Assembly (NCBI GenBank): GCA_002269645.1
Contig: NIVC01000852.1
Location: 174,427-238,426, forward strand
Direction of reading: 5' to 3'
Origin: Macrostomum lignano
Taxonomy: Eukaryota
DNA length: 64,000 nucleotides
Made by a program: the position numbers and the translations under genes. Below, piece by piece: positions 11,416 to 26,000 of this stretch; within the stretch, counting starts at the first letter, position 1; every line of letters begins with the position of its first letter. The notes below the pieces were generated by a model, which saw only the letters and a list, made by a program, of their open reading frames with translations, was not told the DNA's origin and made no database searches.

Positions 11416-12024
11416 TTCTTTTCACTGTCCCCCAGTCACTCTTTATTATCGCTTTCATCATCCCAGTTTGTCATCCCCTCTTTAACTGTTTTTGAAAAAC
11501 CCCATCGCTACGGCTGCTAACTGTCAATCAAATTTCCCCTTACAGCATAATCAGGTTGCTAAGCGAGTCTGAGAATCAAAATGAAACTAAATTTTACCGG
11601 ATATCCTGCTGTATAGTGATTGCATCAAGACCTTTTAAACAGGTAACTAAAAAACCCTCATTAAACAATTTCCCCAGTCCTAATTAGCGCGCCGTACCCG
11701 CGAGTCACACCTGCGGCTGAGACAATGACGCTGGTTGTCTGCTGCTTCAGAGCTCCCGGCGTGGCGTTTTAATAATGGACACGGACCAAGGTAAAGTTTG
11801 ATTGACAGGCCTGCAGCGTCCTTGTAGATGAAGTTGTACATTAATTGCTTAGTTAGTTTACCGGCAGCTGTCAGGCAACAAGTGGCCATGAATTACCAAC
11901 GGCATCCCTTTAGCACAGTTGACGAGAATGCTTTTAGGGGGGGGGGGTAACAGCTTGTGTAGTGAGCGGCCTTGGGCTTCTCAGGGGCTTCAGACTGGCA
12001 ATGTTTTAAGATGGCTTTGGACTG

Positions 12025-12320
12025 TGGGAGGAGAGGAGAGGGAGAGAGGAAGGATAGGAGAGAGGAGAGGAGACAGATGAGGCAGAGAGAGGGGAGAGGG
12101 ACAGCGAGGAGGAGAGAGGAGTAGAGATAATGGAGAAAGGAGGTAGAGAGAGGAGATAAGGTAGAGAGGAGAGGGAGAGAGGAGGCAGAGAGAGGGGAGG
12201 ACAGATGAGAGGAGAGGAGAAAGGGACATACTCGTAGAAAGGGAGAGAGGAGGAGAGAGAGGAGAGAGGAGAGAGGGACATAGAAAGGGAGAGAGGAGGG
12301 AGAGAGAGATAAGGAAGGAG
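12025..12320. repeat. GA-rich low-complexity tract
   Basis: Almost pure purine on the plus strand. Confidence 0.85.
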
Positions 12321-13114
12321 CCACTCAATCAGTTCTGATGGCCAACGAGCTTAGATGATTAATTTGCTTTTCCATTAAAATAGAAAAGGATGCGGAGAGA
12401 GGACATGTGGTAGAAGGCAGAGGAGAGAAGGGAGATGGAGAGAGAGGGGGGAAGGAGGGAGGGGGGAGCCCAGAGGACTCAGAATGGCTATCCATAGCCC
12501 AGCTGCTAAATAATTGACATCAAGGTTGGAAAGCAGGTGCCGGAGAGCTCGCAAATGAACTGTCAGTGTTGAACGCAAAGATGACAGGCAGCTCAGTAAC
12601 AAAGCAATTAGAGCAATTATGTGGCATTTTCAGTCTGGGTGCATAATTTTTAAACAGGAGTGTATTTCAAGGATTTTACAGTCCGCAGTGTAATAGCAGT
12701 ATAACATTTTCTAGGCACAAACAAACATCAAACAACATTTAATAACTATAATAGAAATCATGTTATAATGCAGTAAATATTGGATTCTGTTCGTTCTTAA
12801 AAACATGCTGTTACTACTCCAAGCAGCTGGTGCATAAAAACCATTGATAATTCTCCAGCACAGAGTCCAAAGGTCATATTGACTCATCTAATCTACTACT
12901 ACATGTATGGCTTGAGCGATAGCTACGGGCTGGATATGAAGATTACAAAGCTTAAATAAAATAAAGGAATTTAAGTCTAATTAACAAGTACCCTGATTTT
13001 CTACGGATTGAACACAAGGCGTGCTTTTTAATATAAAAATATCATCAGTTTATGTTAGGGCACTTCTAAACTGCAATTCCTATATTGTAAATTTTTTTAA
13101 AATAGGTCCCTACA

Positions 13115-13555
13115 ATGGGATATTTTCATACTACAGATCCCTTATTGGGATATATTCAAACTACAGACCCCCATTAGGTTATTTTTAAACTACAGATCCC
13201 TCATTGGGATATTTTTAAATCACAGATTTCTATTGGGATATTTTAAACTAAAAATTCACATGTTGGAATACTTTTAAACTACAGATCCCCCATTGGGATA
13301 TTTTAAAATACAGATCCCCCATTGGGATATTTTAAAATACAGATCCCCTATTGGATATTTTTAAACCACAGATCCCCCATTAGGATATTTTAATCTACAG
13401 ATCCCCCATTGGAATATTTTAATCTACAGATCCCCATTGGGATATTTAAAAATACAGATCCCCCATTGGGATATTTTAATCTACAGATCCCCATTGGGAT
13501 ATTTAAAAATACAGATCCCCCATTGGGATATTTTAAAATACAGATCCCACACTGG
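13115..13555. repeat. About 29-bp minisatellite CCCCATTGGGATATTTTAAAATACAGAT just downstream of the HERC2 stop
   Basis: Tandem copies starting about 80 nt past the stop codon. Confidence 0.9.
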
Positions 13556-13635
13556 GATAATAACAGCCGCAGATCCCAATCCAAGCCCCTATAAAATCCA
13601 TAGCCACAAAGCAGTTCCGAAGCATAGTCCGGACA

Positions 13636-14020
13636 TCAAGAAAAGAAGTCAAAGTCGGAACTGGAGCTGGAGCTGCCGTGCGCTCGTCGGTGGTGAGCGG
13701 CAGCCTCGGACAGCATCAATGCCGACAGCAGGGACGAGTCGGAGGCGGCTGTGACGGCTGCTGCTGCGGCTGCGGCGGCCTCCTGTGCCGCGGTCTCGTT
13801 CCCATTAGAGGCGTCGCTGTTTCGGCGGCTGCTTCTATTGCTGCTCCTGAAGCTGCTGCTGCTGCTGCTGCTGCTGCTGTTAGAAGAGGCGGAAGAAGAC
13901 GAAGAGTCCACCAGTTGGCCCTGAGCCAAGGCGACCCTGGCGTAGTCGTCAATGTCGATGCTTTTGCAGAAGTGAATGGCGTAGCTCAGCTTCTCTTTGA
14001 GACGGGCCTTGGAGGTGTAC
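13636..14020 (-). CDS. HERC2: HERC2 coding exon 30 (HECT end, Ser/Ala-rich tail, stop)
   Basis: [31 protein letters not shown]...DFDFFS, TGA. Confidence 0.95.
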
Positions 14021-17000
14021 CTGCAGTGAGACGGATAGTCTAGGCTGTAACTGTTTGGTCTCACCCTTTAACTGTGCCACTCTTAATTATTTCACGCTGA
14101 TTTTCACTCTCATGATGTCACTCTCATGATGTCAGTCTAATTATGTCACTCTCATTATGTCACTCATTATGTCACTCTCATTATGTCACTCTCATTATGT
14201 CACTCTCGTTATGCCACTCTCATTATGTCATTCTCATTATGTCACTCTCATTATGTCACTCTCATTATGTCACTCTCGTTACGCCACTCTCATTATGTCA
14301 TTCTCATTATGTCACTCTCATTATGTCACTCTCATTATGTCACTCTCATTATGTCACTCTCGTTATGCCACTCTCATTATGTCATTCTCATTATGCCACT
14401 CTTATTATGTCACTCTCATTATGTCACTCTCGTTATGCCACTCTCATTATGTCACTATCATTATGTCACTCTCATTATGTCACTCTCGTTATGCCACTCT
14501 CGTTATGTCACTATCATTATGTCACTCTCATTATGTCACTCTCGTTATGCCACTCTCGTTATGTCACTCTCATTATGTCACTCTCATTATGTTACTCATG
14601 ATGTTACTCTCATAATGTCACTCTTCATGCTGTCACTCTTCATGATGTCACTGTCATTAATGTCACTCTCATGCTGTCACTCTTCATGCTGTCACTCTTC
14701 ATGATGTCATTGTCATTGATGTCACTCTTCATGATGTCATTGTCATTGATGTCACTCTTCATGATGTCATTGTCATTGATGTCACTCTTCATGATGTCAT
14801 TGTCATTGATGTCACTCTTCATGATGTCATTGTCATTGATGTCACTCTTCATGATGTCATTGTCATTGATGTCACTCTTCATGATAGCACTCTCATTGAA
14901 CGCGAGGCAGGGCGAGTGAATGAGTGAGTCAGCGGGTTGAATTATTCTACGAGCCACATACATCCATAGTGTACAGAACACTGCCTTGCTACTGCCCTGG
15001 CTCTCACGCTTAGCCTAGTGTCATGTTTTCATTCTCATAGCTTCAAGTCTCACCTGGGCATCTTGAGCAGAAAGAAGCAGGTATAAGCCTCCGGCAGGAA
15101 GTTATCAGGCGGGGTGTACTTGTCCAATATCTGTATGACAAAGTCCCTGCCCCGCATGTCAGCCGGAGACCTGGGCAGGCGGGCGCGGCCCCACACGAAT
15201 CTGAGGAACAGGGATCGTTCCGCGTTGGAAAACTCTTCCATGACCTCCCAGAACCAGCGCATTAGCGGGCTGGACTGTTCGACGCCTTTGTAAGTGGCGA
15301 TAGACTTTAATAGAGCCACGGGAATCTCCGGGTTGCCGCACACGACGCTCTCCAACTGCTGGCTGGTGAACAGGGACAGGTAGGGCAGCGGCACTACAAG
15401 GCTCAGACCGGCTCGAATCTGAGCAGCCGCTGAGTCGAACTCGCGCAGCCGGTGCTGCACAGCCAGGCGAAGATATTCGGCCCTGTTGTCTGGTGTTATC
15501 GTAGCCGACGATGAGGCTGAAGACGATGAAGGAAGCTGGGGAGCCGGCAGTGGCAGCGGTTCTCCGCCTGTGATGCTCGTTACGGCGAATGGCAGCTCGG
15601 CGGTTGCTAAGGACGCGTCGTCCATAGTGCGAATGGCCATCAGGGAGGCCACAGTGTCCTTGTCCAAATCGGTGAGGTCGTCTAAGGTCAGCGGCTCGCC
15701 CGCGAACAGTTTCCACATGGCGTCGTGCAGGCTGAGGTTCAACGGGCTGCCTGTGCGAATTGCGATGCCCAGGAGACTGCCGACAAACCGGAGCCACTTG
15801 GGATCGGCGGCCGAATGAGGGTTTAGCACCTGGGCAGAGGGTAACCATAGCAACAATTTTTCGTGCTATTCGATTGAATAGAATTTAGCAGGTACTACGA
15901 AATCTCCTGAAGACGAACATTCCGCTTTAATAATAAGTTGTCATAACCTTTTAATGATTTTTCACCATCGTCACAGTAACTCGTACACATCCTTCCTATT
16001 TACTAATCTGCTAAGTTGTCATAGCAACCGTAGGAAAAATCGCCTTTACAGTAAAGTAGATTTGTTAAGTAATTTTTACGAATTCTCACGTAATTTCCGC
16101 GGAACTTCCACGGATTTTCCACGGAACTTCCACGGGTTTTCCATGTAATTTCCGCGAATTTTTCCTACATCTGGTATAAACACTCACCATGCAATCCTTG
16201 GCGGGCGCGGGGCACAGCAGCGGCACGGCGCCGGTGCTGAGCTCCTCGCAGATTTCGGCCACGCACTCCGAATAGCCGCCGCCGCAGTCGTCGACGGATT
16301 CGCCGACCAGTTTCACTTTCCAAACTCGTTGGGGCAGCAGCCAGTGCTCGGTCTGGGCGGACTCCATCTTGGCGGCCACCTGGGCCAGAACCGATCGGCT
16401 TGGGTCGCGCTTGGTCCGACGGGCGCTGGCACCGAGTCTTTGTTTAAAAAGCCAGATATTTGACGATATTAAGTCTTAGTTACAGATAGCATAAACTGTA
16501 AACACTATACTTAGGATAAAGTTAGCATAAAGCCACAAACCTGTTGACTTCAATAACGGGCCCGTGCTGCTTGTCCCTGACCATAGTGGCCTGGATGACC
16601 TTGCGGAATAGGGACTCCTTCACGGAGGCTAGGAGCAAGTAGCGCAGCTGGTGCATTCCAGGTGCCTGCAATAGTAAATAGCAAATTTACTCCAAAGCTT
16701 CAAAATAATAATAATAATAATTGATTACACCCGTCCTATTGGGAAGATGTGCAACCGACAGCTCAGCCGCCGCTATTGCGCGGCGCATCTGAAGGCTGCG
16801 TACGGCTTCACGGACTGGGGGGGGGGGGGTCGCCATACACACCCTCAATTACCCCAGCTAATGCTGGCACCCATTTTACAGCTGGGTGAACTGAAGCAAT
16901 GCAGAGTTAAGTGTCTTGCTCAAGGACACAAATTGGCGTGAGTCCGACACTCTAACCACTAGGCTGCAACTCCCTATAACCCCCCTTTCGTGAACGAAAG

Positions 17001-20000
17001 TACAAACGCAACAAAGTACCTGTGCACTAAAGTACACACGCCTGAAAGTACATGCTCATTAAAGTACACGCGCGTACACAGAAGAACACGTGCACTAACT
17101 AAAATCCGATAGAAATAATTAATAGAATAAAACTCAATAGACCTCTAACCTGAAAGTTAATAAGCGGCGCAGTGTAGCAGAGCAGCTCAGAGAAGAGATT
17201 CAACAGTACTAGCCGATCGCGCAGAAGAGACGGCGGCAGGCCTTGCAAAGCCGTGTACTCAACCGGCACAGACTCAGGCAGACGGCCGCCAGCTGATGAG
17301 CCGCCGTCGGCGCTAGACTTATGCGTGCTCCAGGCCAGAGTGTGCGCAGATCCGCAGGCCACCTGGTTAATCATTTTACCTTGCAGAGCGGCCACTAGGC
17401 GAGGCCGGCCAATAGACGTAGTGGTGGAATCGCCTAGTTGACCTTCGTCATTGTCGCCCCAGGTGTAAACCTCGCTCTCGGCTGTGCAGGCAACGCAGTG
17501 CAAGGAGCCGCAACAGACGGCTATGATTCGCTTGCCTTCTAGGCTAGCCACAGCCTTTGGCCGGCGAACATGCTCGGGTGGGTCCTGGGACACGTGGCCT
17601 AATCTGTGATAATCGCCTTTGCCCCAGGTGTAGACTAGGCCCGAGGATGATAGAGCCACGGAGAACTGGGAGCCGCACTCGACCTTGATGATGTCCTTGC
17701 CAGTCAGGGAGTCGATCTTCATCGGGACTCGGCAGCCTGGGATTTATTTGTTGGATAAGGTCGCTTTCACAAGCTATAACCATGATAATCACGCGCCTCT
17801 CGGTCCGGGATGAGCAACAGTTTTTTGCAAATTAGATAAATTACCTAAAACTTGGAGCTATTACTTTTACAATAGAGAAAAAATACAATTAGTTAATGGG
17901 TCCTCCTATGACTCCTGTCCTGAGAATGCTCGTATTAGTGGCTTAGCCAAAAGTGGAGGTCATGGGGTCGACTTTTTATAACTGCCAACAAAAAGGATGA
18001 TAGACTGATAGTACATGTAGCTATTTCGGCTATTTATTCAACTCAAGCTACATACTGAACAATTCTACGATTAACTATAGTATGGCTATGATGGATTGAC
18101 ACTAAATTTTGAGTGTTTTAGCAGCATTTAGCTAAGTTTTTTCTTCTTAAATTTCACCCTTCCTGCGGATTCGTGTTAACTGTTAGGCGACAGGGCCGCC
18201 AGATGTCTGTAGACTGTTTGTTGTTACGTTGTCACTGCAGCGTGTTAACTGGCTGGTTATAATAAGGCGATTTTCAATTTACAAACTTACTATGTATGCA
18301 TTATCATCAGAAATTAAGTACACAGCCTTTGATTTCTCGTTTTATATCGTAAAAATAATATTATTGATTGTTTTTTTCATTTTATTATATACCTAAACCT
18401 ATGGGTCAGTAATTTCTCAGCTCTCTCCCAGTCTAGTGTACATTTACCGGCTGTTGGGTGTATGTACATTTGTTTTGCTTATCATTCCCCACGGCCGCGA
18501 CTTTTCTCACCCTCTAACGCTCGCTGATTGGCTCTTAAAGCGTAGCTTAAACTAGCCCCCCGCTGTGCCTGCTGATAAGCTCAGAGAGAGGCTTCTATAA
18601 TGCACGATATAATACGAATTTTCTCTCCCCTTTCGTCCGACCCCCCACTCTTTTAATTGACAAAACCACGCCTTCAACTTCATGGTCATTATTATTATTA
18701 ACTTAAAGAAAGTACATTGTACTTTTATATCACAGTTATAAGGCCATATTAAGTATAAAAGTAATTTGACTGGATTGATAAAATCGATATAAAAAACTAT
18801 TACGCTCGTAGAGCAAGCGCTGTATAAAAGAAGTTTGTGTGTACAAATATGGTCAGGCAGGCGGCAGAGCAAGCCTTTTACGAATATTACTTCAGTCTCT
18901 AAGCTGATGCAGATGAATCAACTATATAAAACTGCTAAGGCTAGGGCAACATTCCCTAAACTAAACACAGTTGTACTGGATCTAATGAATATTAGTACTC
19001 CTATTTAGTATATGTGGATATATTACAGACTGAGCAGACCAGTGGCAGAGAGGCAGAAGGAAGATTCTCGAGTAGCATCGACGTTCGTAATTATAATAAG
19101 TTGAGATCGCTTTGCACAGCTGTGCAAGCCAAACCGGCTCAGGGTCCACCTCCTAACATGCTCCACTCTAAGTAGCTAGCAAGCATCCTACTGGCTAAAC
19201 AGTGGCTGCAGGTTTAATCTACTACTAAACCATGCCTGCGACGTCTTATCTCAATATATATAAGTTTATTTCTGTAGAGCAGAATAGAAATGCGCAAGAA
19301 GCGGCAGGCAGCAGAGGCAACACGACTGAGGACTGAGGAGCCTGCAAAAGTGCTGTCTCTCGTTGTTTGTTGAGGGGGGGTGGTGGTTAGGCACCATTTC
19401 ATTTGAGGGTCGTATGACAATAAAGAATTCTAGAATGAAATATGCTACAAAGACATGTACAGACAATAAACTAGGAACTATTAATAGTACCAATTTCTAT
19501 ATTCCATAAAACTCGAAAAAGTCTTTGATCATCCCAGCTACATGTATTTGGTCATTAATCCTCCCAGCTAGGTCATAGACTATTTGGTCATTAATCCTCC
19601 CAGCTAGGTCATAGACTATTTGGTCATTAATACTCCCAGCTAGGTCATAGACTATTGGTCATTAATCCTCCCAGCTAAGTCATAGACTATTTGGTCATTA
19701 ATCCTCCCAGCTAGGTCATAGACCAATTGGTCATTAATCCTCTCAGCTAGGTCATGGACTATTTGGTCATTGATCATCCCAGCCAAGTCATGTACTATTT
19801 GGTCATTAATCATCCCAGCTACATGTATTTGGTCATTGATCATCCCAGCTAGGTCATGGACTATTTGGTCATTGATCATCTCAGCCAAGTCATAGACTAT
19901 TAGGTCATAAGCTTCAGTCAAATCTCACCTTCGGAGCCGCCGCGGCCCAATTTGCCGTAGTCGCCGTCGCCCCAGGACCAGACGCAGCCGTCGCAGGTGA

Positions 20001-23000
20001 TGCACAAAGTCTGGGCGTCGCCGCTGCCGCAGGCAACGTCGACAACGCGATAATCTTTGAGCGCTTCGACTCGCTTCGGCCGACGCTGATCCTCCGAGTC
20101 ATTGTGACCGAGGCGACCGTAGCGGCCCTGGCGGGTGTGTGAATGGGTGAGTGAGTGAGTGACACGGCTGCTACCGTCAGTCATTTAGGCTTAGTAATAT
20201 GTTGGATCATTGGTCATAGAAAGCGGGTCATAGTGCATCAATCAGTCCTAGGTTGGGTTCCGGGGAGTTCAGTTCCGGAATATCAGTTCTGGAGATTTCA
20301 GTTACGGGGATTTCAGTTCCGAGGATTCCAGTTCCGGGGATTTCAGTTCTGGGGATATCAGTTCCAAGGATTCCGGTTCCGGGGAGTTCAGTTCCGGAAT
20401 ATCAGTTCTGGAGATTTCAGTTCTGGGGATATCAGTTCCAAGGATTCCGGTTCCGGGGAGTTCAGTTCCGGAATATCAGTTCTGGAGATTTCAGTTACGG
20501 GGATTTCAGTTCCGAGGATTCCAGTTCCAGGGATTTCAGTTCTGGGGATATCAGTTCCAAGGATTCCAGTTACGATGATTCCAGTTCCGGGGGTTTCAGT
20601 TTCGGGGATTCCAGTTCCTGGGATTTCAGTTCCTGGGGATTTCAGTTCCTGGGGATTTCAGTTCCTGGGATTTCAGTTCCTGGGATTTCAGTTCCTGGGA
20701 TTTCAGTTCCTGGGATTTCAGTTCCTGGGATTCCAGCTCCAAAGACTTCAGTTCCTGGGATTCCAGCTCCAAAGATTTCAGTTCCGGGGATTCCAGCTCC
20801 AAGGATTTCAGTTCCGGGGATTTCAGTTCCGGGGATTCCAGTTCCGGGGATTTCAGTTCCGGGGATTTCAGTTCCGGGGATTTCAGTTCCGGGGATTTCG
20901 GTTCCGGGGATATTAGTTCTGGGGATATTAGTTCTGGGGATATTAGTTCTGGGGATTCTCTTTTAAAGGAGGATCTGGCCTAATAAAGCAAAATGATCTC
21001 TCACCTTGCCCCAGGTGTACAGATGACCCTCGGCGCTAACGGCAGCCGAATGCGAGGCCCCGGCAGCCACAAAGGTCACCTCAGTGCCTAGCAGGGCTTC
21101 TATTAGCTTTGGCCGATCAGCACTCTGACAGTTGCCGTGGCCCAGCTTGCCGTCCTCACCTTCGCCCCAGCTGTAGACTTCGCCATTCCTAGTCAGAGCC
21201 AGACAGTGCCTACCGCCGCTGCTAACGGCCACTCTAATCACAAACTCGTGCACCAGAGAGTCCAGCAGTGTTGGCGACGGCATCGAGTCGTTGCCGCCGA
21301 TGCCCAGCCGACCGCCGGAGCCGTAGCCGCAGGCGTACACCTTGCCATCGGCGGTGACAGCGAATAGGCTCTGCTCGCCGCCAATGATTTGCACCGGTCG
21401 CAGGGCTGTCAAATTCTCGCACAGAGCCGGCGCTTTCACTTTGCTGCCATCAACCCCGCCAAGCTGGCCCCGATGATTGTGGCCCCAGCCCCAGATCTGC
21501 CCGGTGCCCGATGGCCAGGTCAGGGTCCACTGGTTTGGCGCCTTGTTGTACCAGTGCACCTGTGGGGTAGTGTGTCAGATTAACTATGTTGTTTGACAGT
21601 TCTGATCCTCAGGCCGCTGAGCTAGTCTCACGTAGTGATTCCTCTCCTCACATCTCCCCAACTGCTATCACATCTCCCCAACTGCTATCACATCCCCCCA
21701 ACTGCTATCACATCCCCCAACTGCCATCACATCCCCCCAACTGCCATCACATCCCCCCAACTGCCATCACATCTCCCCAACTGCTATCACATCTGCCCAA
21801 CTGCTATCACATCTGCCCAACTGCTATCACATCTCCCCAACTGCCATCACATCCCCCAACTGCCATCACATCCCCCCAACTGCCATCACTTCCCCCAACT
21901 GCCATCAAATCTCCCCAACTGCTATCACATCTCCCCAACTGCCATCAAATCTCCCCAACTGCTATCACATCTCCCCAACTGCCATCACATCTCCCCAACT
22001 GCTATCACATCTCCCCAACTGCTATCACATCTCCCCAACTGCTATCACATCTCCCCAACTGCTATCACATCTCCCCAACTGCTATCACATCTCCCCAACT
22101 GCTATCACATCTCCCCAACTGCTATCACATCTCCCTAACTGCTATCACATCTCCCCAACTGCTATCACATCTCCCTAACTGCTATCACATCTCCCCAACT
22201 GCTATCACATCTCGCCAACTGCTATCACATCTCCCCAACTGCTATCACATCTCCCCAACTGCTACGAGATATCATATCTCCCTCTTCTTCTCCATCGCTC
22301 CTATCTCTTGCTAATCAAGCAGCCCCAACATTTTCTACTTAATTTTCTTTTCTATCCTCCTCCCCCGGTCTCACTTGAACTCTTTTTTAGCCATATTAAT
22401 TTCTTTCAGCCTAGAAAAGGCAGCACAATGGCGACACACTTAAACCCAATTAATTAAACGCAGTCTGAAATCTATTCAGTTACCAAGCTGATCTACACTG
22501 CTGCGCACAAAAGGATAGCATAGCTACACTATAGCTATTCATAAAGCCACAGCTTCACTACGTTCTAACGCATTTCCCCCTTCTCTCGCAGGAACACGCA
22601 TAAGCGCATAGAACCGTAACAAGGAGTATTAGCCCAACAAGGCCACTCGTTTTGATTAAAAAATCTAACAGCTATTATATTTATGACATGTATATATTAT
22701 TATATATTTTCACTCTTACTCAACGCTATCTATAAAAAGATTGCTACTTTATACCTTTTTAATGTAATCGACACAGGACTAGCTAAAAATACACTGTAAG
22801 CCGGCTACTGTTAATGCGACGGGAATGATAAAATGCACTTCTCCCAGTTATTGAACAGGTAAATAGCAGCTGAAAGATCGGGGAGGGGGTGGCAGCTGAA
22901 GGATGGGGGAGGGTGGCAGCTGAAGGATGGGGGAGGGTGGCAGCTGAAGGATCGGGGAGGGGTGGCAGCTGAAGGATAGGGGAGGGTGGCAGCTGAAGGA

Positions 23001-26000
23001 TGGGGAGGGTGGCAGCTGAAGGATAGGGGAGGGTGGCAGCTGAAGGATGGGAGGGTGGCAGCTGAAGGATGGGGGAGGGTGGCAGCTGAAGGATGGGGGA
23101 GGGTGGCAGCTGAAGGATAGGGGAGGGTGGCAGCTGAAGGATGGGGAGGGTGGCAGCTGAAGGATAGGGGAGGGTGGCAGCTGAAGGATGGGGAGGGTGG
23201 CAGCTGAAGGATGGGGGAGGGTGGCAGCTGAAGGATGGGGGAGGGTGGCAGCTGAAGGATGGGGGAGGGTGGCAGCTGAAGGATGGGGGAGGGTGTCAGC
23301 TGAAGGATAGGGGAGGGTGGCAGCTGAAGGATCGAAGAGGGTGGCAGCTGAAGGATCGGGGAGGGGTGGCAGCTGAAGGATCGGGGAGGGGGTGGCAGCT
23401 GAAGGATCGGGGAGGGGTGGTAGCTGAAGGATCGGGGAGGGGGTGGCAGCTGAAGGATCGGGGAGGGGGTGGCAGCTGAAGGATCGGGGAGGGGGTGGCA
23501 GCTGAAGGATCGGGGAGGGGTGGTAGCTGAAGGATCGGGGAGGGGTGGTAGCTGAAGGATCGGGGAGGGGTGGCAGCTGAAGGATCGGGGAGGGGTGGCA
23601 GCTGAAGGATCGGGGAGGGGGTGGCAGCTGAAGGATCGGGGAGGGAGGGGGAGGCAGCTAAAGGATCGGGGAGGGGGGGAGGGAGGGGGAGGCAGCTGAA
23701 GGATCGGGGAGGGGGTGGCAGCTGAAGGATCGGGGAGGGGAGGCAGCTGAAGGATCGGGGAGAGGATGGCGAGGATAAGGGATTAGGGACACGAGATAAG
23801 GGATTAGGGGCTAGATAACGGATTAAAAATGGCAGAGAACAGCCACTCTCCTCCCAAACTAACCAGCTGCTTGTCCTGCTCGAAGCCGAAGGTCTTGCAG
23901 TCGATAAATCGCTCGTCTGGTCGCCTGGCGTCGCCAATCTTCTTGCGCAATTCGTCAACAAACTCCTGCGGCAGAGACTGTTGGTGGCCTAGCAGACACT
24001 GGATAGTTCGCTGGACAAGGCAGTAGCGCCGAAACCAGGCCCACTTGGAGGCGCAGGGCGACTTATCGAGGTCGCTGTCGCAGGCTAATCCGCACAGGAC
24101 TATCAAAAACGGGCTGTGCATCAGCTGCTTGCCGGAGCGGACAGCCGTCTCTTCGAAATCGTACTGGCGAGACAGCATGTCCGGCAGGGTGCGCAGCAGC
24201 GACTGGACTGGCGATTCGCGACCCTGTCGGAGGCAGATTAGAGTTGGATTCCCGTTACTGACTGGGCAGATGGACCAGGATTCCCCATCACATCAGCAGA
24301 GGGATTCTCCATCACATTAGCAGAGGGATTCTCCATCACATCAGCAGAGGGATTCTCCATCATATCAGCAGAAGGGATTCCCCATCATACCAGTGGAAGG
24401 GATTCCCTATCATATCAGCAGAAGGGATTCCCCATCATATCAGCAGAAGGGATTCCCCATCATATCAGCAGAAGGGATTCCCCATCATATCAGCAGAAGG
24501 GATTCCCCATCATATCAGATGGATTCCCCATCACATCAGCAGAAGGGATTCCCCATCATATCAGATGGAGTCCCCATCACATCAGCAGAGGGACTCCCCA
24601 TCACATTAGCAGAGGGACTCACCATCACATCAGCAGAGGGATTCTCCATCATACCAGTGAAAGGGATTCCCCATTATATCAGTAGAAGGGATTCGCCATC
24701 ATAGAAGTATCAGTAGAGGGATTCGCCATCATATCAGCAGAAGGGAATCCCCATCATAACAGTAGAGGGATTCCCTATCTCATCAGCAAAGGGATTGCCC
24801 ATCATACCAGCAGAAGGGATTCCCCATCATATTAGTAGAAGGGATTCCCCATCATATCAGTAGAAGGGATTCCCCATCATACCAGCAGAGTGATTCCCAT
24901 CACATTAGCTGAGGGATTCCCCATTAAACCAGCAGTGGGGATTCCCCATCATACCAGCAGTGGGGATTCCCCATCATACCAGCAGTGGGGATTCCCCATC
25001 ATATCAGCATAGGGATTCCCCATCAAACGAGCAGAAGAGATTCCCAATCATACTAGAAGAAGGGATTCCCCTATGACCTAAAATATCCTCAACTACTATT
25101 CCTCTTCAAAAAACGGATCGATTGCGTAGGCCCACCTCAGCTGCTCCGGTCCGCTGCAGTCCCCGCACCAGCGCCCTGAGCATGTGCAGCGCCCACATTC
25201 GCTGATCAGCAGTTAGCGAATTCAACTGTGCGGTGGCGCCAAGAGCGGCGGCCAATCGACTAGCGGCAGTCGGCGACAGGGTGATGGCGGCCGCGGCAGC
25301 TGCCGGAATCGGTGGTACCAGGCGGCGTAGCAGACGCTGAGCCATGCGGATGCAGGGCCGCTCCAGAACGCTGGCATCGCTGAGCACCAACACGGGCGTG
25401 GACGTCGGCATCACGGGGTGCACAGTGAACCGCCAGCCCCAGCCGTTCACAGACAGGTCCGAAGTGAACTTCCAGGCCAATTCGCAGCCAGGAACTTTGA
25501 TCTCCTGCGACCAATCCGACCATTCCCGGCCGGACCGGACGGCTACAATGCGGCCGGCCCCATCTAGTATAGCCAATGGATCGTGCCGCTTCTCAGTTGA
25601 GCACTGCCGATCGAATTCGACGGTGAGCATCTCGGCGCCGGGGATGCAGACTATGCCGGAGAGGCTGCAGTCGTCCAGATATGGATGCGGGCTCTCCTGC
25701 ACTACAGGGGCCGGCCGACGGCCCTGGCCGGTGAGCTCGGAGTCGACGGCGGCCGCCTCCAGCTCGGCGATGCAGGCGTCAATCAGCAGACTGGCGACGC
25801 GTTGATTGGCGTCGGCCAGGCGTTCGAGCTTCTCGGCCAGACGGCGCGACGAGGCCGCGTTAACGGCCGGAGCTGGCGAGGTTGCCACCCGATCGCAGAT
25901 GGCCAGCTTGAGTAGGCTGAGCAGCTGGGCGATGCCGCCGCTAGTGAGCAGGCGGTGTTGCTCGGCTTCATCTTCGGGCTCAACTGCAGGCGGCGGGCTC

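Noticed and set aside
14640-14981. ([10 protein letters not shown])n ORF
   Set aside because: A 30-bp repeat within HERC2 intron 29 with no independent gene signals.
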